Positions 1 through 9,287 of a stretch of 64,000 nt of DNA are shown here, piece after piece. The position numbers were made by a program, and so were the translations under genes. The notes beneath the pieces are model-generated. The model saw only the letters and a list, made by a program, of their open reading frames with translations, had not been told where the DNA came from and did no database searches. Source of the stretch: Calditrichales bacterium (GTDB taxonomy: Bacteria > Calditrichota > Calditrichia > Calditrichales > J004); the NCBI GenBank assembly GCA_965267575.1, contig OZ254086.1, positions 3,232,001 to 3,296,000 of the forward strand, written 5' to 3'. Each line of letters starts with the position of its first letter. Position 1 is the first letter of the stretch.

Positions 1-1004
1 TGGATCAGGCCGAAACGGTCATCGATGTTGAATTGCAGCAGGCCGGTGTTCTTGTTGTAAATCTTGATCCGGCCAATGATTACACCTCGTTTATTGAAAC
101 CAGTCTTGCAGAACTGGGAAAAACGATGGTAGTGAGCGACGCTTCAAACGGCCTGGAAAGCCTTTCCACCACCGATTTTGGCCTGGTAAAAGAAAATTAT
201 ATGATTGTAATCAGCGGTGACGCGCAGGATAATTTTGTAACGCGCTCTTTCCTGGATACACTGCGAGCCTACGTCGAAGAGGGTGGCAATGTGATTATGA
301 GCGGGCAAAACCTGGCCCAATATCTTAGCGCAAACGAGCAGGATTATCTTGAGGATTGGCTGGGCATCAGCTACGTGGATAACAGCGGGTTGAAAATGCT
401 GGGCGGCGTGCCGGGCACATCAATCGGGGAAAGCATAAACCGCCTGGGACTGCTGGAAACGGAATCGGCAGGCAACCAGATCTCACCCGATATCATGATG
501 ACCCTGGATAGCAGCAGAACCATTCCGGTTATGAAATATTGGGGCTCGGATAATGAGTACGGTGCCTTTGGCATTGGCTTTGGCGAAGGGCAGGGCCGTG
601 TATTTTTTGCCGGCTTTGGCCTGGAAGGCGTTTCCACCGGCAGCGGCGCGTTTACCAACCGTACCGGATTAATTGAACTGGTAACAGACTGGTTCGAAGG
701 TCCGTTGACGGATATAAGAGCGCCACAAAACCAAACCGTACGCAGTTTCGAATTGCAGCAGAATTACCCGAATCCGTTCAACCCTTCCACCACCATACGC
801 TACGCGCTTCCTAACGCCAGTGAAGTATCACTTGCCATTTATACAATCACCGGCAAAAAAGTGACGCAACTGCAAAGCGGGACAAAAGAAGCGGGAACAC
901 ACAGCGTGCGCTTCGACGCATCCGGCTTGGCTTCGGGCATCTATTTCTACGTGCTGGAAGCGGGCGCCTTTAAAGCGACAAAAAGAATGGTATTAATTCG
1001 TTAA
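1..1004 (+). CDS. Secreted protein with T9SS-type (Por secretion) C-terminal sorting domain; 5'-truncated by the window
   Basis: Frame appears open from the window start. C-terminus FELQQNYPNPFNPSTTIRY...LASGIYFYVL...KRMVLIR is a typical type A CTD. Confidence 0.85.
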   Translation, partial: DQAETVIDVELQQAGVLVVNLDPANDYTSFIETSLAELGKTMVVSDASNGLESLSTTDFGLVKENYMIVISGDAQDNFVTRSFLDTLRAYVEEGGNVIMSGQNLAQYLSANEQDYLEDWLGISYVDNSGLKMLGGVPGTSIGESINRLGLLETESAGNQISPDIMMTLDSSRTIPVMKYWGSDNEYGAFGIGFGEGQGRVFFAGFGLEGVSTGSGAFTNRTGLIELVTDWFEGPLTDIRAPQNQTVRSFELQQNYPNPFNPSTTIRYALPNASEVSLAIYTITGKKVTQLQSGTKEAGTHSVRFDASGLASGIYFYVLEAGAFKATKRMVLIR

Positions 1005-1013
1005 GGAAAAAAT

Positions 1014-2393
1014 ATGTTTAAATGGATTGTTTTTCTGGCGCTTCTGGTTTTTGGGGTATCCGGCTGCAGTGAAGACGAAAGCAGCGAGCCGCAAGCGATT
1101 GACTACGGGGCTATCAACGAGATCAGCTATTCGGACCACGTACAGCCGCTGTTAAATGAGATCAGCGATTTTATGAGGCAGACCGCTGTTTACCCGCAAG
1201 GGCTGGATGCTTCTTCCTGGAACGGCCTTATCCGGGGCTATGAAGGCGGCGAGGTGATCATCCCGTTTGCTGCCGAAAACAGCCTGCTTTATGAGATGCT
1301 TACAAAGATCGAGTTTTCGATTGCAGGGCCGGACAGTATAAAAACCGCTTTCCTGAAACGCTGGATTAATGAAGGCGCGCGGAACGATGCCGGAGAGATT
1401 CCTTACGCAAACAGCAGCGACCTGGTTTACGTCTGCAACCAGGGTGACGCCAGTGTTTCGGTGATCGACGCGCAGGCGCAGCTGGTTATCCGGCGCATTG
1501 ACCTGCAGGAACTGGGCTATTCGGCAAGCGCCAAACCGCACCACATTGCCGTGGAAGCCGACGGCAGCGCCTGGTACGTCAGCCTGATCGGTGAAAACAG
1601 AGTGCTCAAATTCAACCGCGCCAACGAAATGCTGGGATCGGTTGAGACACAGGTGCCCGGACTGCTCTATATACATCCCACAAGCAGCAAGCTTTACGTT
1701 GGCCGCTCCATGTCCGCCGTAAATCCGCCTTCGTCCATCGCCGTGGTTAACCGCGATCAGATGACGCTAATGACGGAAATCCCGCTGGTGTTTGACAGGC
1801 CCCACGCGCTGTTGGCACAATCCAACGGCAAATATCTCTTTTCGGCCAGCCTGGCCGAGAACCGGATCGCCATAATCGATGCGGCGACGGATGAAGTGGA
1901 AGATTACTTTACCGACGACGGTGAGCCGTTTGTTTATGTCCATTTTTCGGAGTCTGCCGATAACAGCAAACTTTACGCGACGGGGCAGGTAAGCAACAAG
2001 CTGCACATTTACAATGTTTCCGGTGCCGGCGAAATCAGCGTTGCCAATACGGTTGATGCGGATATGGCGCCGTGGCATCCGCTGACGCTGGCCGATGGCA
2101 GTGTTGTCTTTGGCAACCAGAAATCCAATACGGTCAGCATCGTTGACCCGGGCATGGCCACAATCAGCAAAACGATCAGCGGCAACGGATTATCGATGCC
2201 TCACGGCAGCGCCATCAGCAACGACGGGCGCTATCTGTTTATCTCCAATCGCAACATCAGCGGCGGCTACACACCGCGCTATCCGTTTGATGCTGCCGCG
2301 GAAACGGGAACCGTAGCGGTGATTGACCTGCAGACGCAGAGCCTGGTAAAAGTGCTGGAAATCGGCGCGCAACCCAGCGGCATGGGAGGGTGA
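1014..2393 (+). CDS. Lipoprotein with degenerate planctomycete-cytochrome-c-like N-domain and YncE/YVTN beta-propeller
   Basis: Lipobox VSGC. YVCNQGDASVSVID and similar YVTN-type blades. RBS AAGGA upstream. Confidence 0.75.
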   Translation: MFKWIVFLALLVFGVSGCSEDESSEPQAIDYGAINEISYSDHVQPLLNEISDFMRQTAVYPQGLDASSWNGLIRGYEGGEVIIPFAAENSLLYEMLTKIEFSIAGPDSIKTAFLKRWINEGARNDAGEIPYANSSDLVYVCNQGDASVSVIDAQAQLVIRRIDLQELGYSASAKPHHIAVEADGSAWYVSLIGENRVLKFNRANEMLGSVETQVPGLLYIHPTSSKLYVGRSMSAVNPPSSIAVVNRDQMTLMTEIPLVFDRPHALLAQSNGKYLFSASLAENRIAIIDAATDEVEDYFTDDGEPFVYVHFSESADNSKLYATGQVSNKLHIYNVSGAGEISVANTVDADMAPWHPLTLADGSVVFGNQKSNTVSIVDPGMATISKTISGNGLSMPHGSAISNDGRYLFISNRNISGGYTPRYPFDAAAETGTVAVIDLQTQSLVKVLEIGAQPSGMGG

Positions 2394-2397
2394 TCTT

Positions 2398-4482
2398 TTG
2401 CGACTAACCGTCGTCTTTTTTGTCATTCTTTTTGGGGTTGTCCTTTCATGGGGGCAACCCTTTTCCTTTTTGCGGGAAATCCGGCCTTTTGACCTGCGTA
2501 ATCCAGGCGGCAAAGCTTTTGAACGTCCCTTTCTGGGCGGCTACAACACACCGCGTCCCCAGTTTGTGGATATAGATGATGATGGCGATGACGATCTGTT
2601 TGTGCAGGAAAGCGACGGCATTGTAAGCTTTTTTGAAAACACAGGTACCCCGCAATCGGCCCAATGGCAATGGCGTACGGACGATTGGTTTGAGGACGAC
2701 ATCGGCGCCTGGTTCGCGATCGCTGACGTTAATGATGACAACACGCTCGATTTTCTGTGCCAGGGCAATGGCCTTACCATGCGCTATTACGAAGGCGACG
2801 GGCAGGGCGGGTTTACACTGCAAGCCGATACGCTTTACGACACGCAGCAAAACGCCATATTACCTGAACTGCAAACGACGCCGGTTTTTCATGATATCGA
2901 TTGCGACGGGGACCAGGATCTTTTTCTGGGCAGGCAAACCGGCAGCATCACTTTTTACGAAAACATCGGGGCGCAGGCCGGAACTCCACGGTTCCGGTTT
3001 GTTACCGACAGCTGGCAGGATATTCTGATCATTGGCGGCGGCCTGTTTCGTGGAAATGAATTGCACGGCGCCAACAACATCGCTTTTGCCGATCTTGAGG
3101 GCAGTTCCGCAACGGAGATGCTGTTTGGTGATTTTTTCTCGCGCAGCCTCTACTATTTTGTGAACAACGGCAGCTGTTCGGATAATGATCTGGAGTTAAC
3201 GGCAACGGGCTATCCGCCACCGGACACGCTGGCAACCGCCGGCTTCAACACGCCGCGCCTCACTGACATCGATGGCGATGGCGACGCCGATCTTTTTGTT
3301 ACGGTGCTGGGCGGATTCTATTCTTCCACGCTCAACGTGGTGGACAATTTTATGTATTATCGCAATGAAGGCAGCAGCAGCCAGGCTGCTTTTTCGCGAC
3401 AAACAAGCAATTACCTGGATCAGTGGGACGGCAGTGAACAGAGCATTCCCACGTTGGCGGATATTGATGATGACGGCGATCCAGACTTGTTTGTAGGCAT
3501 GCGCAACTACCAGACCCAAAGTGCGGCATCCGGACGGCTCTATTTTTTTGAAAACCGCGGCACAGCACAACAGCCCGATTTTTTTCTCGCCGACAGCGAA
3601 TATGTGGTTGTGGACGGCGCCTATCATTACGCGCCGGCCTTTGCCGATTTTGACGGCGATGACGATCTGGATCTGCTCATGGGGCGGGACAATGGCAAAT
3701 TACTTTATTTTGAAAACACGGGGACAGCGCAAAACGCCAATTTGGTCCTGCGCAGCAAAACCTTCGCCGATATAGATGTTGGCGCGAATGCAACACCGCT
3801 TGTTGTGGATATGGACGGTGATGGATTAGATGATCTGCTGATTGGCGAATTCTCAGGTAATATCAATTATTATAAAAATGACGGCAACGGCGTTTACACG
3901 TTGATTGACGATGACTTTGGCGGACTTTCCGTGCTCGGTGAAGATTATCTGACCGTGGCGTTGAATGCGCGGACTGATAGTGGCTTAACTCTGTGGGTTG
4001 GCGGGGAAAGCGGCAAGATCTATTTCGTAAACGCCCAGGATGGTGAGGCCGGGATAGAGGAAAGCGGTCTTAAAATCCAGACACGTTCGGCGCCCTTTGC
4101 TTTTGATATTGACGACGATGGTGACAATGATATTATCTGCGGCACCCGTGGCGGAGGGCTGGCTTTTTTCCGCAACCTGGAGGTAAGCTCGCTTGAAGCC
4201 GGCAATACGCCGCTGCCACGGCAGTTTTTCGTCAGCGAAGGCTATCCCAATCCATTTAACGGGACGGTAAGCTTTAAAGTTAGTACTGGCGGCAGACGAT
4301 TTTCGGTACAATTTTTTAATATAAACGGCCGCATTGTTCGTACTGTGGTTTCAATAGAATACGACATGCTGCAATGGGATGGTCGTGATGAGAGCGGAAA
4401 CGAGCTGCCCACAGGTATCTACCTTGTTCGTTTTAAATTGGACAACCATATATATTCCCGAAAAGTAATATACCTTAAATAA
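2398..4482 (+). CDS. FG-GAP/VCBS repeat protein with T9SS/FlgD-like C-terminal domain
   Basis: Many DxDxDGDxDL Ca-binding repeats. C-terminal YPNPFN...WDGRDESG...GIYL. Signal peptide, TTG start. Confidence 0.85.
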   Translation: MRLTVVFFVILFGVVLSWGQPFSFLREIRPFDLRNPGGKAFERPFLGGYNTPRPQFVDIDDDGDDDLFVQESDGIVSFFENTGTPQSAQWQWRTDDWFEDDIGAWFAIADVNDDNTLDFLCQGNGLTMRYYEGDGQGGFTLQADTLYDTQQNAILPELQTTPVFHDIDCDGDQDLFLGRQTGSITFYENIGAQAGTPRFRFVTDSWQDILIIGGGLFRGNELHGANNIAFADLEGSSATEMLFGDFFSRSLYYFVNNGSCSDNDLELTATGYPPPDTLATAGFNTPRLTDIDGDGDADLFVTVLGGFYSSTLNVVDNFMYYRNEGSSSQAAFSRQTSNYLDQWDGSEQSIPTLADIDDDGDPDLFVGMRNYQTQSAASGRLYFFENRGTAQQPDFFLADSEYVVVDGAYHYAPAFADFDGDDDLDLLMGRDNGKLLYFENTGTAQNANLVLRSKTFADIDVGANATPLVVDMDGDGLDDLLIGEFSGNINYYKNDGNGVYTLIDDDFGGLSVLGEDYLTVALNARTDSGLTLWVGGESGKIYFVNAQDGEAGIEESGLKIQTRSAPFAFDIDDDGDNDIICGTRGGGLAFFRNLEVSSLEAGNTPLPRQFFVSEGYPNPFNGTVSFKVSTGGRRFSVQFFNINGRIVRTVVSIEYDMLQWDGRDESGNELPTGIYLVRFKLDNHIYSRKVIYLK

Positions 4483-4517
4483 TCATTTTGCTTTATTAAG
4501 TGTGCTCATACTTTTTG

Positions 4518-4566
4518 TTGCGTCAGCATTTCAAATGTGTATATTTCCCTACCCCGTCAGCATTTC
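4518..4566 (+). promoter_or_regulatory. Putative sigma70-type promoter overlapped by a 12-bp direct repeat
   Basis: TTGCGT (4518-4523), 16 nt spacer, TATATT (4540-4545). CGTCAGCATTTC at 4521-4532 and 4555-4566. Confidence 0.4.
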
Positions 4567-4690
4567 TTTTTGCACTGACCTTCCAAGGTCGCTTTATTAA
4601 CTAAGTCAAACCAAAAGGGGAGGATTTTTAGTCTTTTAGGGAGCACTTACTTTTTTTTCATATTATCTTTATAAAGCTATAGGAGGCCTT

Positions 4691-6370
4691 ATGCTTAGAC
4701 GATCGTCTATATCGTTAATTGCATTGGTGTCGCTGTTTTTAATTTGGGGTTGTCAGGAAGACCCCATGAGCACATCAGTTGAAAAGGATGTCTACTCAAA
4801 TGCAGCTTTTCTTTTAAAGTACACTGCTGATAGTCCGTTTAGCACGGACCTTATTGCCGGAGGTGGCAATGAAGCTTCTGCCATTGACGTCGGCGATGTT
4901 TTAATCTGGAACGATAATACCTATCTGTATGTAAAGTATGTCATCGAAGATGCGACTCCGGACGATCCGAGAGATGACTGGCATATTTGTGAGACCCATT
5001 TGGCCGTTGGCGATGAGCTTACGGATATTCCTCAGACAAAAAAAGGAAATCCTATTCCCGGTCAGTTTGAATTCTCACGCACCTATGATCCCTATGTTGC
5101 TGAAGATACCTACATGATCTCACTTGCAGACGCCGGTCTCGGTTTTGGCGAAACGGTTTATGTCGCCGCCCATTCTGTAGTATGCCAGTATGGAGGGTTG
5201 GAAGGACTGGAATACTCTTTACCGTCCAGTGTGGAGATGAAGGTGAAGTATCCTTACAATGGCGGTCCTGCCTATTTTCCTGAATTAACAGTGACTAATG
5301 GCGGATTCCTGGACGGCGTTTATCCGGGCTGGTGTGTAGATACGGATAATACCATCAACCAGAACACAACCTACACGGCCAATGTTTACTCCAGCTATGA
5401 AAGCATTCCTGCAGGAGCGATCGAATTTCCGGAAAACCTGGATCTGGTAAATTGGATTCTCAATCAAGACTACATTGGAATGACCTCACCTGGTGGTTAC
5501 GGCATCTATACCTATGGCGATGTTCAACGTGCTATTTGGACGCTCGTGGATGATAATAATTCAACGGCCGGATTAGGGAACTGGAACCAAAACAGGGTCA
5601 ACGAAATTCTCGCCGATGCCCAGGCGAACGGAGAGGGTTTTGAGCCGGGTTGCAACGACATCGTTGCTGTAGTTCTTGTGCCGGTAAATGGCAGCCAGGT
5701 TATTATCGCGCAGGTCGTATTGTTCGAACTGCAGATTATCTGTGAAACACAGTGTGAGACTGCTTGGGGTGATGGTATGCTGTTTGATGGCAATAACTGG
5801 GCAACCTACATCGAATATGTAGTCTGCGAGCCCGGACCAACGGTTACTCCTGGCTATTCCGGTCTGACAAAAGCAGCAGCCGTTCGCTATCGTGGAAACT
5901 CTTCGGGAAATGAAATCTATTTAGGCATACCGGACTTAGGCATTGGCAGTAATCGCGTTGAAGCAAGTTATCCCAACGTTTATGCAAACTGGCAGGATGG
6001 CACTTATTTTATGACCTTCTCATTCGACAAAGCCGAAAATAAGATAGTGACTACAATAGATGGTACCGGCGGTTCTGAAAGCCTGGAGTATGATTTCGAT
6101 GATTTATTGCCCCCGGGATGTCCGGTTTCCGATTGGAATGCCCTCGACATTAATGTTGTGGATCGACTGACAACAGGTGAATTGGCTTTTAATAATGTAA
6201 TGTTAAATGGTTTTTCCCTGGGTGATTTCGATGATGAAGGATGGAAAAACTGGACGGTTACCGGTTTTGATTTCAGTCAGAGTTTTACAGTAAGCGGTGA
6301 TTTGGTAGTTTCCGGATGGACCGGAAGCGAAACCAATAAACTTTCGATTGCGGTCGGTTGCTTACCTTAA
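4691..6370 (+). CDS. Multidomain surface lipoprotein with inserted thioester(TED)-like domain
   Basis: AGGAGG RBS; lipobox IWGC; motifs GWCVD, DVQRAIW and SQVII. Confidence 0.7.
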   Translation: MLRRSSISLIALVSLFLIWGCQEDPMSTSVEKDVYSNAAFLLKYTADSPFSTDLIAGGGNEASAIDVGDVLIWNDNTYLYVKYVIEDATPDDPRDDWHICETHLAVGDELTDIPQTKKGNPIPGQFEFSRTYDPYVAEDTYMISLADAGLGFGETVYVAAHSVVCQYGGLEGLEYSLPSSVEMKVKYPYNGGPAYFPELTVTNGGFLDGVYPGWCVDTDNTINQNTTYTANVYSSYESIPAGAIEFPENLDLVNWILNQDYIGMTSPGGYGIYTYGDVQRAIWTLVDDNNSTAGLGNWNQNRVNEILADAQANGEGFEPGCNDIVAVVLVPVNGSQVIIAQVVLFELQIICETQCETAWGDGMLFDGNNWATYIEYVVCEPGPTVTPGYSGLTKAAAVRYRGNSSGNEIYLGIPDLGIGSNRVEASYPNVYANWQDGTYFMTFSFDKAENKIVTTIDGTGGSESLEYDFDDLLPPGCPVSDWNALDINVVDRLTTGELAFNNVMLNGFSLGDFDDEGWKNWTVTGFDFSQSFTVSGDLVVSGWTGSETNKLSIAVGCLP

Positions 6371-6384
6371 TAAAACCGGACTTG

Positions 6385-6414
6385 AAAGGGGATGTTTTTT
6401 ACATCCCCTTTTTT
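6385..6414 (+). terminator. Rho-independent terminator
   Basis: AAAGGGGATGT-TTTTT-ACATCCCCTTT hairpin followed by a T tract. Confidence 0.85.
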
Positions 6415-6458
6415 ATCTATTTCTATAGCTTTAATTAATGTAGAAATTTTTATCCCTC

Positions 6459-6486
6459 TTGAAAATAATATCTTATATTATTTCAA
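6459..6486. promoter_or_regulatory. AT-rich palindrome, candidate operator
   Basis: AAATAATAT-CTT-ATATTATTT (6463-6483) with outer TTG/CAA, upstream of the 6635 gene. Confidence 0.4.
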
Positions 6487-6634
6487 AGGATCAACTCCAG
6501 TACCTCTAATAAATATCTTCTGAACCGATGATGCCAGGGATGACCGGTTACTAAAAAACAGGTCGTTTAAATGCATTACGGATTTATTATCCGAGACTCC
6601 CGCCTTTTTTTATCCCACCAAAAATGGAGGCCCT

Positions 6635-7258
6635 ATGAAGAAGATATCGCGGCGCCAAGCGATACGCTATATCGGCTCGTCGGTTGTGCTGACAACCGGT
6701 CTCAGTAGCTGCTGTTGTGTTCGTGACTGGCTAAAAATTTTCCCCTGCGATACGCCGGAGGAAAAATGGAAGGAGGAGAGTAAAAACTGGTGGAAGGAGC
6801 GCAAAGACCGGCGCACCGCCGAACGTGAAGAAGCTATCCGCAACGGCACACGCCCGGAGATAGAAATACCGTTTCCTTATCTGGTCTGCTGGCGACAGGA
6901 TGGCGCCCATGGTTCGGTGGCTGCACAATTTAGGGAATTTCAGTTTAATCAATGGGAAACATTCTGGGTTGTTATTTCCAATGAAGGAAATGGCGCCAGC
7001 TGGAATTGCATCGTTGAGGCGTATGAAACGCCATGGGGCAGTTACCGCAAACCTTTTGGAGGTTTTACCCTTAATGACAGGATTTTCGTATCGCTAATGC
7101 CGGGTGAATCAAGAGAGGTGAAACTTAATTTCCGCGTCACACGGGAACGGGGTGAATTAGTGATACGCTGCTATGACCCGTTTGCCGATTTTGGCCCATT
7201 GACCTACCTGCAGTATGACCGTCACTCCAACGGCTTCGGCTGGACGGCGTGGGAATAG
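6635..7258 (+). CDS. Twin-arginine (Tat) signal, probable lipoprotein with Ig/CARDB-like C-terminal domain
   Basis: GGAGG RBS; MKKISRRQAIRY Tat motif; LSSCCC; VISNEG...SLMPGESREVKL Ig-like pattern. Confidence 0.65.
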   Translation: MKKISRRQAIRYIGSSVVLTTGLSSCCCVRDWLKIFPCDTPEEKWKEESKNWWKERKDRRTAEREEAIRNGTRPEIEIPFPYLVCWRQDGAHGSVAAQFREFQFNQWETFWVVISNEGNGASWNCIVEAYETPWGSYRKPFGGFTLNDRIFVSLMPGESREVKLNFRVTRERGELVIRCYDPFADFGPLTYLQYDRHSNGFGWTAWE

Positions 7259-7272
7259 GAAGGAGAACAATC

Positions 7273-9141
7273 ATGCCTAAATACGGAATACACCACATTG
7301 TTGTGGACAAGATGGTAGAAAAAATAATTGAATCCAGCCCGCCGGGATCTGCGGAAAGGGATATCGCCCAACTTATTAGTGATAACAGAGAGTGGGCAAA
7401 TCTGGGATCAATTGGCCCGGACGTCTTTTTCTGGGCCCCCGACTACGAGGAAATCGATAAACTCTATACGCTTTACGAAAATCTGAAAAAGGTCATCGAT
7501 CTCTATAATGAAATCGTTGAGCCGGTACGTCAAATCGGTGAGGCCGTCGGCGATGCCGTTGAACAAACGGTTGGCGAACTGGCACCATCGACGGTTGACA
7601 TGATAAAACTAACCCTGCGGGAAGTCAGGGAAACCGGTCAACTGCTTAAATCGTCCATTGCCACCGGGCTTTTCGCAGGTGTGATAAATATGAGTGACTT
7701 TTTTGCGGAATCGTTCAAGCTTCCCACGCTGACGCACCAGCTTTTTAACAGCTTTGCGCCGCCATTACAGAAGCAAATAAGCGGGGAAAAACCTTTTAAT
7801 GAAAATGAGTGGTACTGGTTCGACATGCTGCACTACAGGCGAACCGGTCCCTTTGCCGATCAACTGGTCAGCAACAGTGCCAGCAACAGCCAGAAAGCCT
7901 ACAGTTATGGCTACCTGACACACATTGCCACGGATGTTGTAGGCCACGCCTTTGTAAATCAGGTGGTGGGCGGACCATATCGTATGAATGTCCAGAAACA
8001 CGTGATGGTGGAAAACTACATGGACACCTGGGCTTTTAACAATTACTACCAGGAGATCATCTCCAAAAGCCTGCTTACGCGGATGCAGCTTCCCAACCCG
8101 GATACACTGCCCGACGCCATGGTTGATATGCTGGACACCTCTTTCCGCACGACATTTGCCAACCTTTACCCGACCCGGCTACGCGATCCCGGCTTTTTGA
8201 CGAAAGGCGAAATCCGTACCACGTACCGGCGTTTTCACGAAGTGCTCTCGCTGTTGAACGGCTTCTACATTGAACGTCCCGAAGAGCCTTTTTCCAATGT
8301 TGCCGAGATCCTGCAGCAAGCTCTGGATGATCTGCTGGAAGCGCCACCGCAACAGCCCAGCCCCGATCCAGATTTGCAGAGCTGCAGCTGGGAAGAGATT
8401 TTTTCCTTTGGACTGTCTTCGGATTCGCGCGATTGCTATGAAAATTTTTTCCGTGAAGCAGGTAAATATTTTCAATATATGGGAGAATTGCTTTACTGGA
8501 CGCTGGAAACAATGCTTGATCTGATTGATCTGTTGCTGGCTTCGCTGCTTTCACTGCCAGTGATGTTTCTGCTGGCTATCCTATACGGCATCCAGCTTTT
8601 GGCCTATGAAATTCTTCAAAAAGCAAAAGCTATTCTCGCTGAAGCCGGCTTTATTTATCCCGAGCCGGAACTGATTAACACCAGCATGGGCATCTCCGCG
8701 GTTACGACGTTAATGAATTGCAGCCCGCCCTTTAAATATCCGCGGGCAAAGGATGCTACAGTAAGCCATTTTCTGTGTCCCTTTTCCCAGGCCGAAAGTC
8801 CGACCACGGCGGCCGATTTTAATGATGCTTCCAATCTTGTTTTCCCGGACAATTTTATTGAACTACTGCCGTTTGAACAGAATAATCTTACCATGTATGC
8901 CAATGCGCCGGATCCGCGGGCAACGCGCGATTATCACTATAGTGCAAAACGTATCGGCAACGCGGCAGACTTCAGTCGCTGGCTGATCACCAATGCTGCT
9001 TCCGGCAACAGCGATGCGGCAACGCGCGAGGTGCTTTATGCAGACTGGAACCTTGATTCTGACAGGGGTTACGGATATAAAAACTGGGAGGGCCTGTTTA
9101 ACGCTGAGCGCTTTGGTTTTGATACGGAGTCGTTTGTTTAA
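7273..9141 (+). CDS. Zinc-dependent phospholipase C / S1-P1 nuclease superfamily protein
   Basis: AGGAG RBS before ATG 7273. Motifs MPxxxxH, GSIGPD, MLHY, YGYLTHIATDVVGH, HVMVENYMD. Confidence 0.8.
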   Translation: MPKYGIHHIVVDKMVEKIIESSPPGSAERDIAQLISDNREWANLGSIGPDVFFWAPDYEEIDKLYTLYENLKKVIDLYNEIVEPVRQIGEAVGDAVEQTVGELAPSTVDMIKLTLREVRETGQLLKSSIATGLFAGVINMSDFFAESFKLPTLTHQLFNSFAPPLQKQISGEKPFNENEWYWFDMLHYRRTGPFADQLVSNSASNSQKAYSYGYLTHIATDVVGHAFVNQVVGGPYRMNVQKHVMVENYMDTWAFNNYYQEIISKSLLTRMQLPNPDTLPDAMVDMLDTSFRTTFANLYPTRLRDPGFLTKGEIRTTYRRFHEVLSLLNGFYIERPEEPFSNVAEILQQALDDLLEAPPQQPSPDPDLQSCSWEEIFSFGLSSDSRDCYENFFREAGKYFQYMGELLYWTLETMLDLIDLLLASLLSLPVMFLLAILYGIQLLAYEILQKAKAILAEAGFIYPEPELINTSMGISAVTTLMNCSPPFKYPRAKDATVSHFLCPFSQAESPTTAADFNDASNLVFPDNFIELLPFEQNNLTMYANAPDPRATRDYHYSAKRIGNAADFSRWLITNAASGNSDAATREVLYADWNLDSDRGYGYKNWEGLFNAERFGFDTESFV

Positions 9142-9153
9142 CCCGGAATAGCA

Positions 9154-9179
9154 GGGGGGCAGGTCCGCCTGCCCCTTTT
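9154..9179 (+). terminator. Rho-independent terminator
   Basis: GGGGCAGG-TCCG-CCTGCCCC followed by TTTT. Confidence 0.75.
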
Positions 9180-9287
9180 GGCTTTTTCTGCCTCTTTTAA
9201 GCTCACTCAATTTTGATTTAAAATTCAATTACCTTAAAATTGCCCTTTCCCAAAAAAACAATCCATATATAAACGGAAATTTGAAGA

